DNA of 56,467 bases from Candidatus Nomurabacteria bacterium (GTDB taxonomy: Bacteria; Patescibacteriota; Patescibacteriia; Magasanikbacterales; UBA922). The DNA is taken from contig JACKFN010000006.1 of assembly GCA_020632445.1 (NCBI GenBank), positions 1 through 56,467 of the forward strand, in the 5' to 3' direction. Below the pieces are notes generated by a model. It did not search any database. It saw only the letters and a program-made list of their open reading frames with translations, and was not told the origin of the DNA. This document shows, piece after piece, positions 28,581 through 38,038 of the stretch; the first letter of the stretch is position 1, and every line of letters starts with the position of its first letter. Made by a program: the position numbers and the translations under genes.

Positions 28581-29512
28581 CTATTTTGCCACCGGTCGTA
28601 ATACAACGTACGACGATCGTTTTCATGAAATTTAAGCATGTCATCGTTTACGACGATATTGTGCTCAGGATCATTAAGCTTCAGGCCTTTGGCCTGAATT
28701 TTTTTCATTTGAATTTCTTTGAGCTGTGACTGAATGAGGTCTCCATAGCTTCCCTCCCAAGCTTTTTCAAAAAATGACTTGATGTATTTTGAAAGACGTC
28801 CATCAGAAACCATAAATCGCTCATTTATATGGGTGTATTCACTTGTATGTGGAATATGTTCAGATAACCAATGCTTGTTTTCTTTCATGACTTTTTTGAA
28901 GATCTGCTGTGGATCATACAGTGGCATCAAAAGGGCAATCCAATAGAGAAAATAGACATTATCATTTCTGCTAGACAGTTTTGAAAAATCCAAAGCGTCA
29001 CTGCTGATAAAAAAGCTCAAACAGATCTTACTTTTTCGTGTCTTTTTTTGTATGCGCAATCTCATGATCCCCAATACCAAGATGCAAAAAAAACGCGCTA
29101 CCCAAATTCGGCCAGGCTTGGTGACGATGAGAAAATCGATGTCACTTTCATCCCTTGTGGAAACTTCAAATTGATTACACAAAAACACTGCTTGCAAAAA
29201 TGGAATCCACCTGATAAACCTCATCGCTCTTTGTGCCTTCTTGTGCTTTTGGGCCAGAATCCATGCCTTCTCTCTTCGTATCTCTACGGTCTTGCTTCTA
29301 CCTGGAAAAAAGTAAAAATGATGTTTTATTTCTATATCTCCCTCTTTAACCAATTCGCGAAGAACATCTGTGATGCGATCAAACGAACTCTGCGCAGGGA
29401 GCTTCCACCCATAACGAAAAAACTCCTCTTTGGTAAGAGGATAATCAAACATATCAAAATACGTCAGCGTCTGCAATATTGAACGGCGGATGGCATGCAT
29501 ACCGCGAATCAT
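28565..29512 (-). CDS. hypothetical protein (possible nucleotidyltransferase fold)
   Basis: 315-aa ORF whose ATG overlaps the upstream stop (ATGA). ESDIDFLIV is reminiscent of a pol-beta-type NTase motif, but this is a weak call. Confidence 0.5.
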   Translation of the reverse strand: MIRGMHAIRRSILQTLTYFDMFDYPLTKEEFFRYGWKLPAQSSFDRITDVLRELVKEGDIEIKHHFYFFPGRSKTVEIRREKAWILAQKHKKAQRAMRFIRWIPFLQAVFLCNQFEVSTRDESDIDFLIVTKPGRIWVARFFCILVLGIMRLRIQKKTRKSKICLSFFISSDALDFSKLSSRNDNVYFLYWIALLMPLYDPQQIFKKVMKENKHWLSEHIPHTSEYTHINERFMVSDGRLSKYIKSFFEKAWEGSYGDLIQSQLKEIQMKKIQAKGLKLNDPEHNIVVNDDMLKFHENDRRTLYYDRWQNSYQPK

Positions 29513-29817
29513 GCTACCTCACCAATCTGACGAGTTATGGCAGGCTCCGTGGATTGCACTTCTGGAACGATTTTTTCTTCTTTGGCAATGCCTTGTTTGA
29601 CCACACTTTCATATACCACCATAGCAGTATCCGTAAACTTAGCAACCTGATCTCTCCCCACTAAAAATTCCTTGGCCGAGAGCAGTGGACCTTTTACACG
29701 GTACTGAATTATTGACTGCGCGCCCACATCAAACACAAGGTCAGTAACATGACCTAGCTTAGTTCCACTGGTGGTTTCTACGTCAAGCTTTTTGAGTTGT
29801 TTGAGGGAAAAGCGCAT
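29509..29817 (-). CDS. PRC-barrel domain protein
   Basis: VETTSGTKLGHVTDLVFDVGAQSIIQYRV follows the PRC-barrel pattern. Confidence 0.55.
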   Translation of the reverse strand: MRFSLKQLKKLDVETTSGTKLGHVTDLVFDVGAQSIIQYRVKGPLLSAKEFLVGRDQVAKFTDTAMVVYESVVKQGIAKEEKIVPEVQSTEPAITRQIGEVA

Positions 29818-29872
29818 ATTTCGTTGCTTAATCTATCTTCATCCTAGCAATAAACCACCATTGCGTCAAATG

Positions 29873-29894
29873 AAAACTCCGGATATTTCCGGAG
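29873..29894 (-). terminator. intrinsic terminator after yidC
   Basis: Minus strand reads ctccgg-aaatat-ccggag followed by tttt. Confidence 0.5.
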
Positions 29895-29906
29895 CTTTGT
29901 ATCTAT

Positions 29907-30662
29907 CTAATCGCTGACTATTTTCCCTTCTATGACACCACTTTGGGAATCTTGATCGTCGTCCTTTTTGAAAATAAATTTCTGCTGAACCAGCGTAATC
30001 AAGGTTGAAAGAAACCAGTACAGTAAAAGCCCCCCCGGCAAAGAAAAACTGATGAAGAGCGTAATAATTGGCATCATGTAGGTCATCTGTTTGTTCATAA
30101 CGGCAGCCATATCTTCGTCTTTTGCACCCTCGCCGGCAACTTTTGGAGCACGTTTCTTTGTGAACATCTTTGCCTGAAAGTACTGCGCCCCTGCGGCTAG
30201 TACTCCGAGTGCCAGCACTGGCTTTGAAAGGTCCAAAAATCCTAGAAACAATGGATCAACTGACTCTGGTTTTGGAACAAACGAATACAGACTCTCAAAC
30301 CCACCACCTGTCAGCCCATCACGTAGTACCCAGTACAGCGCCAAAAACACAGGAAGCTGGATGAGCAAGGGCAAACAAGAACCAAGTGGATTAACTTTAT
30401 GTGTCTTATAAAGTTGCATGGTTTCTTGTGCAATTTTTTGTTGGTCGTTTTTATACTTTTCCTTAATTTCCTGCATCTTTGGCTGAAGCTCTGAGAGCGA
30501 CTTCTGAGCCTCAATAGATTTTTTGGTCTGAGGATAAAGCGCGAGCTTGATAAGGACGGTCAAGATGATAATAACAACTCCAACGTCCGGAATAACATTG
30601 TAAAACCCAATAAAGAGGTTAAATATAGGCTCGTAGAGAATTGTGTGAAAGAGTTCTTTCAT
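29907..30662 (-). CDS. yidC: membrane protein insertase YidC (short form)
   Basis: LTVLIKLALYPQTKKS...LQPKMQEIKEKYK...NPLGSCLPLLIQLPVF. I chose ATG 30662 because the TTG at 30737 would overlap the nusA terminator. Confidence 0.85.
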   Translation of the reverse strand: MKELFHTILYEPIFNLFIGFYNVIPDVGVVIIILTVLIKLALYPQTKKSIEAQKSLSELQPKMQEIKEKYKNDQQKIAQETMQLYKTHKVNPLGSCLPLLIQLPVFLALYWVLRDGLTGGGFESLYSFVPKPESVDPLFLGFLDLSKPVLALGVLAAGAQYFQAKMFTKKRAPKVAGEGAKDEDMAAVMNKQMTYMMPIITLFISFSLPGGLLLYWFLSTLITLVQQKFIFKKDDDQDSQSGVIEGKIVSD

Positions 30663-30723
30663 GTGATTGTTTAGCAAATTACGGGTTGGAGTATACCATG
30701 GAAGGAATTTTTTTTCAATGCAT

Positions 30724-30750
30724 AAAAAAACTCCCAATTAGGGAGTTTTT
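30724..30750 (-). terminator. intrinsic terminator after nusA
   Basis: Minus strand reads aaaaactccc-taatt-gggagttttttt. Confidence 0.7.
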
Positions 30751-30766
30751 GCTCTTGTTAATTACT

Positions 30767-32077
30767 TTATAACTCACTTTTCTCTAAAGCCTCCTCTGTT
30801 ACTTCATCTTGAGCAGGCTCAGAAAGACCCTCGCTAGGAGCCTCATCCGATTCATCTTCTGTAGGTGCCTCTTCAGCTTTTCCATTCACCTTTTCATCTA
30901 CCTCCGCCATACTATCTTCTGACGAAACAGCTTCACCACCTTCTTGCAGTACATCAATTTTGTATCCTGTAAGCTCGGCGGCAAGACGAACATTTTGTCC
31001 CTTACGTCCAATAGCAAGTGAAAATTGATCCGCTGCAACATGTGCTGTTGCGGTTTTTTCTGCTTCATTGATTTCTACATCATCTACTTTGGCTGGAGAA
31101 AGTGCTTCTTTGATGTATTCTACAGCATCATCCTTATACTGGATGATATCAACTTTCTCCCCACCAAGTTCCTCGATGATAGTGGTGATACGACTTCCTC
31201 GCTGTCCAATACATGCCCCAATTGGATCGATAGATTCGTCGTCTGTATGTACTGACAACTTTGAACGAAATCCCGGATCACGTGCAATCCCTTTAATTTC
31301 TACATCTCCCGATGCAATTTCTGGAATTTCTTGTTCAAAAACTGACTCAACCATTTTATTTGAACTTCGTGAGAGCATAATCTGTGGCCCACGCTGTGTC
31401 ATCTCCGCAGACATAAGGAAAAAACGCATACGCATCCCTGGACGGTACTGCTCACCACGGATCTGTTCTTCTGGGAACAAGTATCCGGTAATCTTTCCAA
31501 GATCAACGAGCACCATTCCACTTCGATCACGCTTATGCACCACTCCCTGAATAATGGTTCCTACCTGCTCGCTCAAATCATCAAATACGCTGCTACGTTC
31601 TGCCTCGCGAATTTTTTGAATAATAACCTGCTTGGCAGTTTGCGCTGCCATACGACCAAAGTCTGTAGGCACCTCGAGTTCGATTTCCAAAGTATCACCA
31701 ATCTTTGCATCCTTTTTGATCTCAACCGCTTCTTTGATCATCATCTCTGTCTTAGGATTAAAATGCAAAAGATCGTCGACTTCTTCTTCTTCAAGCTCAC
31801 GATCTTCTTCCCGGGCTTTTTCACGACGAAGTTGAAGCTCCTCTTGATCCTTTTCAAGTTGTTCTTCATCCATATCAGCGACAACTTCTTTAACATCCCA
31901 AACCTGCATGTCTCCTGTTTCTGGATCATACTTTACTTTGAGATTCTGCTGCTTGTGCCCAAAATCCTTTCGGTACGCTGCTCCCATGGCGGTCTCAAGT
32001 GCCTCAAGGACATCGGCATAATCAAGGCCCTTTTCATCGCAGATAAACTGCATTGCCTTGGTAATTTCTGATGACAT
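30767..32077 (-). CDS. nusA: transcription termination/antitermination factor NusA
   Basis: S1 domain (GTIIQGVVHKRDRSGMVLVDLG) and two KH domains (IGACIGQRGSRI; GRKGQNVRLAAELTG). It also has an acidic insert and an acidic C-terminal tail. Confidence 0.93.
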   Translation of the reverse strand: MSSEITKAMQFICDEKGLDYADVLEALETAMGAAYRKDFGHKQQNLKVKYDPETGDMQVWDVKEVVADMDEEQLEKDQEELQLRREKAREEDRELEEEEVDDLLHFNPKTEMMIKEAVEIKKDAKIGDTLEIELEVPTDFGRMAAQTAKQVIIQKIREAERSSVFDDLSEQVGTIIQGVVHKRDRSGMVLVDLGKITGYLFPEEQIRGEQYRPGMRMRFFLMSAEMTQRGPQIMLSRSSNKMVESVFEQEIPEIASGDVEIKGIARDPGFRSKLSVHTDDESIDPIGACIGQRGSRITTIIEELGGEKVDIIQYKDDAVEYIKEALSPAKVDDVEINEAEKTATAHVAADQFSLAIGRKGQNVRLAAELTGYKIDVLQEGGEAVSSEDSMAEVDEKVNGKAEEAPTEDESDEAPSEGLSEPAQDEVTEEALEKSEL

Positions 32078-32115
32078 ATGAATAGATTATATCGTTTATA
32101 TACGAAATAAGGTGT

Positions 32116-32140
32116 AAAAAAAGCAGCATTGGTATGCTAC
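32116..32140 (-). terminator. weak hairpin + U7 inside the nusA 5' leader (candidate attenuator)
   Basis: Minus strand reads gtagcat-acca-atgctgc followed by ttttttt. It lies between the promoter -10 (32159-32154) and ATG 32077. Confidence 0.5.
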
Positions 32141-32153
32141 TTTGAACGCTCGT

Positions 32154-32182
32154 ACTATAGCACAAATAGACTGATTTGTCAA
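32154..32182 (-). promoter_or_regulatory. nusA promoter
   Basis: Minus strand reads TTGACA (32182-32177), 17 nt, TATAGT (32159-32154). Confidence 0.65.
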
Positions 32183-32321
32183 GTTTTTGCTAAAATAAGC
32201 TAAATTCTCTTCCCTGAATTCCATGCCATCTTAAAAAGTGTCCTATACGTCTTGGCAATATTGCCCGATTCAATCGTGGTAGCAAAAATTTGCTCTTTTA
32301 CTGAAAAAATCACGAGTGTAT

Positions 32322-32702
32322 TCACATCGGCAAAATAAACTTCCTCAGCCTCACACGGCTATTTTTTTTATCAACATATACACTGACTACCTCAAAACGA
32401 ATCGATTTCCGATCAATGTCAATGTTTTTCATCAAACAATACTCAAATGCCACCTTTTGAATCCGCATTTGCTTGTCCCATTTCACACTTCGCTCTGCGC
32501 TACCTTGTCCGGCCGCTCGTGTCTTTACCTCAACAAAACAAAGTGCATCGGTATCTGAATCATGCGCGATGATATCAATTTCATATTTTCCAGATCGAAA
32601 ATTTTTTCCAATCATTTCATATCCTAGGCGTATCAAAAAAGCAGCTGCTTGCTGCTCGCCCCAAGTGCCAAGTTGTGTATTCCCCCTCTTTTTGTGATTC
32701 AT
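32322..32702 (-). CDS. yraN: YraN-family (UPF0102) endonuclease-like protein
   Basis: GEQQAAAFLIRLGYEMIGKNFRSGKYEIDIIA...FVEVKTR. ATG 32702 lies 1 nt after the upstream stop. Confidence 0.8.
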   Translation of the reverse strand: MNHKKRGNTQLGTWGEQQAAAFLIRLGYEMIGKNFRSGKYEIDIIAHDSDTDALCFVEVKTRAAGQGSAERSVKWDKQMRIQKVAFEYCLMKNIDIDRKSIRFEVVSVYVDKKNSRVRLRKFILPM

Positions 32703-32703
32703 A

Positions 32704-33231
32704 TCATGCTCGATACAATACCATTCCAGCGTGATAGGGACCACAGGTAAACTCTTCTTGAATCGTAAAACCACGCTGCCTGGCCCAGTCTTCTATACTG
32801 TCAAAATTAATATACTGACTCTCTGGTGGTCCAAAACTCGCGCCCTTCTTCCACCAGTCCACGACAATCAACCGACACTTTTCCTTGAGAAGTCTGTTCG
32901 CTTCTTCAAGCACAGCAATTTGGTCTTCCACCTTCACGAGCACATTTACCAAAAAAATGACATCAAGACTTGCTGAAGGAATGGCCGTTGAGCCAATCTT
33001 TTCTATATTGGACCACACGCCATGGATATTGGAAATCCCCATGTCATGTGCGCGTTTCTCCAAATCATGAAGTTTGTCTTTGAGAATATCAACCGCATAT
33101 ACCACTCCACTCTCACCAATAATCTTTGAGGCTGGCAGAACAATATGGCCCGTTTTTCCACAGCCTAAATGTCCCATATGCATGCCTGCTTGGAGCTGTG
33201 CTTTTTGAAAGAGGAGCCCAACGTCGATCAT
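32704..33231 (-). CDS. class I SAM-dependent methyltransferase
   Basis: The Gly-rich HLGCGKTGH block followed by VYAVD matches methyltransferase motifs I/II. Substrate unknown. Confidence 0.6.
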   Translation of the reverse strand: MIDVGLLFQKAQLQAGMHMGHLGCGKTGHIVLPASKIIGESGVVYAVDILKDKLHDLEKRAHDMGISNIHGVWSNIEKIGSTAIPSASLDVIFLVNVLVKVEDQIAVLEEANRLLKEKCRLIVVDWWKKGASFGPPESQYINFDSIEDWARQRGFTIQEEFTCGPYHAGMVLYRA

Positions 33232-33232
33232 A

Positions 33233-33469
33233 CTAATTTATACCAAAAAGTCCACCAAAAATTCCAAGAATAATATCACCGAGTGACCCTGTTGCTCCCA
33301 GAAAAGCTACAACGATAAGGGTTACACCCAGAAGTTTGTAAAACATAAAACTTCCCATGTGCTGCTCGGCCCATTGACTCGCCCCAAAATTTTGGATGTA
33401 CCACTGAGATTTCCATACCATGGTAAACCCTACCACCATGACAATACCAGCAATTATATATCCACCCAT
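33233..33469 (-). CDS. small (78 aa) two-TM membrane protein
   Basis: Compact ORF tightly packed between neighbours, with two hydrophobic segments. Confidence 0.5.
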   Translation of the reverse strand: MGGYIIAGIVMVVGFTMVWKSQWYIQNFGASQWAEQHMGSFMFYKLLGVTLIVVAFLGATGSLGDIILGIFGGLFGIN

Positions 33470-33529
33470 AATATAATAATGAATTGATCAATTGATTTAA
33501 TTATACCCTAAATCCACTCATCAAGAAAG

Positions 33530-34123
33530 CTACTTACGTGAATACAAACCCACAAGCAGTGCCTCGTCAACAATGTGTTCGGAGATCATTGATGCTACCT
33601 GGTCCTTTGTAGCTCCCTCTGAAATGCTCAGCATGGCATCAAGAGCGTACACCTTAAAAAAATATCGGTGCATGCTTGGTTCATATTCTGGCGGTGGACA
33701 GGGTGGTCCATATTCTTGATTTCCTCTTGTATTTACCCCCATCAATCCGACATGACTGTTTTCTGGTATCTCAACCTCAGAGAGCTGCGTAACATCAATA
33801 TTGTACAAAACCCAATGATCAAAGACTTCGATATTCATGCGTTCCTTTACAACCTGAGGAATATCAGGATCATCTACAAAGAGAACCAATGACACTGCTT
33901 GCGTCGGGATTTCTGATATGTGTAATGGAGGACTGATACCCTCTCCATCACAAGTGTACACAGAAGGTATCATGCCTTCATGCATAAAGGCATTACTCGT
34001 AATTTTCATACTATTATGGTTATTATCTAAAGGAGTCACTGGCACGTCTTGGGCCGGAGGTCGCAAAGAGCCACATCCCACCAAAAAACAAAATACTCCT
34101 GCAATGACAAATACTTTATTCAT
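33530..34123 (-). CDS. YbhB/YbcL-family PEBP (Raf kinase inhibitor-like) lipoprotein
   Basis: Lipobox FLVGC. DDPD...FDHWVLYNI...GPPCPP...HRYFFKVYALD matches PEBP signatures. ATG 34123 overlaps the pgl stop. Confidence 0.8.
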   Translation of the reverse strand: MNKVFVIAGVFCFLVGCGSLRPPAQDVPVTPLDNNHNSMKITSNAFMHEGMIPSVYTCDGEGISPPLHISEIPTQAVSLVLFVDDPDIPQVVKERMNIEVFDHWVLYNIDVTQLSEVEIPENSHVGLMGVNTRGNQEYGPPCPPPEYEPSMHRYFFKVYALDAMLSISEGATKDQVASMISEHIVDEALLVGLYSRK

Positions 34124-34796
34124 ACCGATTGAAAAAAATGGATATGTCTGGGTGCTCAAGTAATCTTTTGGCTGGGAAGTTTTTCACAGAGCACTCTTTG
34201 TCCAATAGCTCACTTATAACCTGCTTTTTCTTTTCGCCCGATGCGAGTAGCAGTAGCTTGCGCGAATGCATTATAGCCTTCCAGCCCAAGGTAAGCCTTT
34301 GACGAACCGGAGGAGTCGGATCATACGGATTATCTGCCTGCAATACCAAATCTGTTTCGTTCAATACACTTTTTTGTCCAACCATAAGCGAAGCTGTGTG
34401 TCCATCAGTTCCAATACCAAGAATGCACACATCTAGCTCTCCTATTTCATCAAGTTCTTCTCTATACTTGTCTAAAGCTTTTTCCATAGACAGGCTGGTA
34501 TCAAAATAATGAAACCCCCTCAGACGCTCAGCTAATGGATCAACTAGGGTCGCTCGTATCATCTTTTGATTTGAATATTCACTACTTGCTGGAACATACC
34601 GCTCATCTATCATCCAAAACTCTACTTTTCCAAAATCTATGTTCTGATTTTGCGCAAGTGCCTGATAGAGTGGCCTTGGTGTATTTCCACCCGATAGGGC
34701 GATATGTACCACTTCTTGTGAATCGCAAACTTCCTCGATACATTTTACCAAAGCTTCTACATAGTCAACGGTGCTGTGAAACTCTTGAAGATTCAT
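34116..34796 (-). CDS. pgl: 6-phosphogluconolactonase
   Basis: IALSGGNTP, WMIDERYV and LGIGTDGHTASL motifs. Confidence 0.88.
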   Translation of the reverse strand: MNLQEFHSTVDYVEALVKCIEEVCDSQEVVHIALSGGNTPRPLYQALAQNQNIDFGKVEFWMIDERYVPASSEYSNQKMIRATLVDPLAERLRGFHYFDTSLSMEKALDKYREELDEIGELDVCILGIGTDGHTASLMVGQKSVLNETDLVLQADNPYDPTPPVRQRLTLGWKAIMHSRKLLLLASGEKKKQVISELLDKECSVKNFPAKRLLEHPDISIFFNRYE

Positions 34797-34805
34797 TTAG
34801 GATTT

Positions 34806-36242
34806 TTAACTTTTCATTTTAGACTTCTGATGCAAATCATACCACTCAAAACCATCCATGTGAGGAAGTTTGTGCTGGGCTTTTGGTCCCTCACTTCCAT
34901 CTTCATATATGTGAAGCTTTGAACAGTCTCCCTCCATAAGATACTCCATTTGATCAACCACTTTCCATGCAGAAAGTATCTCAGAAAAACTGAGGAAATG
35001 CGTACGCTCTCCCTCAAGTATATCAAGCAAAAGCATACCATGCTCTGGCAGACATCCTTCCACATCACAGGCAATCGAATCCGCGGTGGTAATCGATTGA
35101 TAGTGTGACACTCCCTCATGGAGATTCACGAGTTCAATATTGATTTTTGGGTATGGATAAAATTCAATGATAATTCTGTTCGGTTGCTCTTTGGGATTTT
35201 GAAAGGGAAATTTTTTCAGTTCAATCGAAACATAGGTGTGTTTTTCATGAAGCATTTTCCCGGTTCTTATGTATATTGGAACCTTGTACCAGTCTTCTTT
35301 GTCAATAAATAACCTCACTGCTGCAAACGTCTCTGTTCGTGAACCTTTTTTTACGCCATCTTGCTTTTTATAACTTTTGTACTGCCCGAGCACAACGTTA
35401 TTATCATCACACGGACAATCAATAGCTTCAAGGATGTTGTTTTTTTCACGTTTCAGGCTTTGTGAGCTGATATTGTTTGGTATTGCCATTGTGGTGAGCG
35501 CAAAGATTTGTAAAAGGTGTGATTGAATCATGTCCTTCACAATCCCCACCTGCTCGAAATACCCAATGCGATGCTCCACACCAATATTTTCAAGCGCAGT
35601 AATCTGAATATTTGCTATTTCGCTTCCTCTCAAAATATTTGCGAGAATTCTGTTTGAGCGTCTCATGTTCAAAATAGATTGAACCGATGACTTACCTAGG
35701 TAATGATCAAGAAGGTAAAACTGATCTTCCTTGAAATGCCTTGAAACAAAGTGAAATAAATCCTCTGCACTCTTGTAGCTTTCTCCAAACGGTTTTTCAA
35801 TCACAAGTCGAATGTCGTCACTTTTGCTCTTACGTGACTTGGCAAGGTTTTGAATGATCGGTTTGAAAACGACAGGAGGAACAGAAAAATACGCGATGTG
35901 CGCCATTTTTTTACGAGAAAGTTTTGAAAGAAACTGGTGATACTCCTTAAAATCTTGAAAAACATCGTACTGCCCAGAAAAATAATGGAAATGTGAAACA
36001 AGCTGTTTAAGCACCTTTGGTTTTATTTTTTCGGATGAATACTTCTTGATGCTCTGCGTGACGACTTTCTGAAACTCTTTTTGAGATATTTGTGTTCTAG
36101 AGTACCCAACGATACAAAAATCTTTTGGAAGCCTTTCTTGACGTGCCAATGTATAGAGTGCTGGAAAAATTTTCATCTTTGCCAAGTCACCGGAGGCACC
36201 AAATATGGTAAGGATGAATGGTTTTTTGAGTTTTTCGATCAT
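34806..36242 (-). CDS. zwf: glucose-6-phosphate 1-dehydrogenase
   Basis: IFGASGDLAKMK, IEKPFG and LDHYLGK motifs. The start is set at ATG 36242 (MIEKLKKPF). The track's 98-codon extension runs antisense through the GC island. Confidence 0.92.
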   Translation of the reverse strand: MIEKLKKPFILTIFGASGDLAKMKIFPALYTLARQERLPKDFCIVGYSRTQISQKEFQKVVTQSIKKYSSEKIKPKVLKQLVSHFHYFSGQYDVFQDFKEYHQFLSKLSRKKMAHIAYFSVPPVVFKPIIQNLAKSRKSKSDDIRLVIEKPFGESYKSAEDLFHFVSRHFKEDQFYLLDHYLGKSSVQSILNMRRSNRILANILRGSEIANIQITALENIGVEHRIGYFEQVGIVKDMIQSHLLQIFALTTMAIPNNISSQSLKREKNNILEAIDCPCDDNNVVLGQYKSYKKQDGVKKGSRTETFAAVRLFIDKEDWYKVPIYIRTGKMLHEKHTYVSIELKKFPFQNPKEQPNRIIIEFYPYPKINIELVNLHEGVSHYQSITTADSIACDVEGCLPEHGMLLLDILEGERTHFLSFSEILSAWKVVDQMEYLMEGDCSKLHIYEDGSEGPKAQHKLPHMDGFEWYDLHQKSKMKS

Positions 36243-36302
36243 AGAATTGTTTTTTTCTGATATTTGTCGTACACTAGTAAGCACACACCCTGGGAGTTCA
36301 CC

Positions 36303-36578
36303 ATGCGAAAGATGATTCTGATTCCCTCTTCGGCCAACGCGAAGGGCATCGTGCTGATGCTGGTCAATGTGATCTTCATGTCCATGCTGAGCTTTGAGCC
36401 GCCCTCCATGAGCTTGGATCAACTCGCTCTGTACGCGCAGCTGGGCGTGGTGCTGATGATCGCCGATGGCGCCATGCTGATGTACTACGTGTGCAAGCAA
36501 TTCACCTCCATGCATCTCGTCGATGAAAGCGAACAACCGCCCACCACCGAAGCTTCCACTCCCACCTCAAACTCCTAG
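36303..36578 (+). CDS. GC-elevated small (91 aa) two-TM membrane protein, likely acquired
   Basis: ATG 36303 has GGGAG 6 nt upstream. Hydrophobic segments are GIVLMLVNVIFMSMLSF and LGVVLMIADGAMLMYYV. Hand-counted G+C is 31/60 (36361-36420) and 38/60 (36421-36480). It is plus-strand between minus-strand gnd and zwf. Confidence 0.6.
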   Translation: MRKMILIPSSANAKGIVLMLVNVIFMSMLSFEPPSMSLDQLALYAQLGVVLMIADGAMLMYYVCKQFTSMHLVDESEQPPTTEASTPTSNS

Positions 36579-36592
36579 CCACCCATGCTAGG
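36574..36592. other. 6-bp GC hairpin overlapping the stop codon of the 36303 ORF
   Basis: cctagc (36574-36579), loop cacccat, gctagg (36587-36592). The TAG stop at 36576-36578 lies inside the left arm. Confidence 0.6.
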
Positions 36593-36608
36593 TCTTCTCA
36601 TTTATGGG

Positions 36609-38036
36609 CTATCCCTCATCCCAATCAGTATGATAGGTACCAGCCCTGTCATCCCTCTGATAGGTATGCGCCCCAAAATAATCTCGAAGCCCCTGGATAA
36701 AATTCGCAGGCATATGCTCAGCAGTACTGTATTCAAAATAGTAGAGCGCTGATGAAAATCCTGGAAGTGCCACACCACTTTGTGACATGCTTGCCACCGC
36801 ACTTCGTAAATCTTTTACATTCTTTTTCATGAGTGCCTGAATCTTTGGCAAGGCAAAGAGGTGTTCATCATGCCTTCTTGTCTCACTATAGGCATCCCCC
36901 AGTACACTGAGAAGCTTCGCTCGGATAATGCATCCACCTTCCCAAATTCGTGAAATTTCTTTCATATCTATCTTCCATCCTTCTTCTTTTGCGGCCTTAC
37001 AGATCAAATGGTAGCCTTGGGCATATGAGCTGAACATAGCAGCATAGAGCGCGTTTTCGAGTTGCTTTGTAAACTGCCCCAGCGTAATAACTTTTCCTCT
37101 CTTGGCAGGAGTATACTTTTTCGACAGTGCTACTCGAAGATTTTTTTCACTGGAAAGAAAACGAGCAAAAACCGCTTCATTGATCGTCGGTGTACTTACC
37201 CCTCGCTCAAGTGCATCAAGGGATGCCCACTTCCCTGTCCCCTTTTGTGAAGCAGTGTCCAAAATATGATAAACAAGACAGCATGAATTCTTGTCTAATT
37301 CATCTTTTTGACGAAGCACCGGCAAGGCGATCTCCAACAAATACGATTGAAGCTTCCCTCGATTATACTTTTGAAAGATATCCGCAATTTCTGGAGGAGA
37401 GAGTTTGTACACCTTCCTCAAAATCTCGTAACTCTCCGCCATAAACTGCATCACTGCATATTCAATTCCATTATGCACCATTTTTACATAATGACCAGCA
37501 GCACCAGATCCAACGTGAGTAACACACGGACCTTCAGAAAAATCTTTGGCAGCTATTTTGGTCAAAATAGGTTTCATCACCCTCCATGCTTGCATAGACC
37601 CTCCTGGCATAAGCGATGGACCATACAAGGCGCCATCCTCTCCTCCTGAGACACCGCATCCCATATACAAAATCCCTTTTTTTAATAGTGCTGCCTCACG
37701 TCTTTTGGTATCACCATAGTATGAATTTCCGCCATCGACAATGACGTCTCCCTTTTGTATATGTGGCAAAAGTGCTTTGATGACGGCATCAACAGGCTGG
37801 CCAGCTTGCACCATGATCATGATGCGGCGTGGACGCCTAAGTGATTGTACAAAAGTCTTGAGGTCACCAAATCCCGTGAAATTCCCTTCAAAATTCAAAA
37901 GAAACTGCTCTGTTTTGTTAAAGCTTCTATTATAAACGGAAACCGAAAAGCCTCGCGACTCGACATTTCGAGCAAGATTAGCTCCCATGACACCAAGTCC
38001 AATGAGACCAAAATCTGATGTGGGTTTTTGTGGCAT
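36609..38036 (-). CDS. gnd: 6-phosphogluconate dehydrogenase (decarboxylating)
   Basis: N-terminal GLIGLGVMGANLARN Rossmann motif. Length of 475 aa is colinear with Gnd. Confidence 0.93.
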   Translation of the reverse strand: MPQKPTSDFGLIGLGVMGANLARNVESRGFSVSVYNRSFNKTEQFLLNFEGNFTGFGDLKTFVQSLRRPRRIMIMVQAGQPVDAVIKALLPHIQKGDVIVDGGNSYYGDTKRREAALLKKGILYMGCGVSGGEDGALYGPSLMPGGSMQAWRVMKPILTKIAAKDFSEGPCVTHVGSGAAGHYVKMVHNGIEYAVMQFMAESYEILRKVYKLSPPEIADIFQKYNRGKLQSYLLEIALPVLRQKDELDKNSCCLVYHILDTASQKGTGKWASLDALERGVSTPTINEAVFARFLSSEKNLRVALSKKYTPAKRGKVITLGQFTKQLENALYAAMFSSYAQGYHLICKAAKEEGWKIDMKEISRIWEGGCIIRAKLLSVLGDAYSETRRHDEHLFALPKIQALMKKNVKDLRSAVASMSQSGVALPGFSSALYYFEYSTAEHMPANFIQGLRDYFGAHTYQRDDRAGTYHTDWDEG

Positions 38037-38038
38037 AT

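Noticed and set aside
30663-30737. A longer YidC start at TTG 30737.
   Set aside because: It would begin inside the nusA intrinsic terminator hairpin. The conserved YidC N-terminus starts at ATG 30662.
36243-36536. A 98-codon N-terminal extension of zwf, as offered by the ORF track (start 36536).
   Set aside because: The extension is His/Gln-rich low complexity and runs antisense through the GC island. The conserved Zwf N-terminus (MIEKLKKPFILTIFGASGDLA) begins at ATG 36242.
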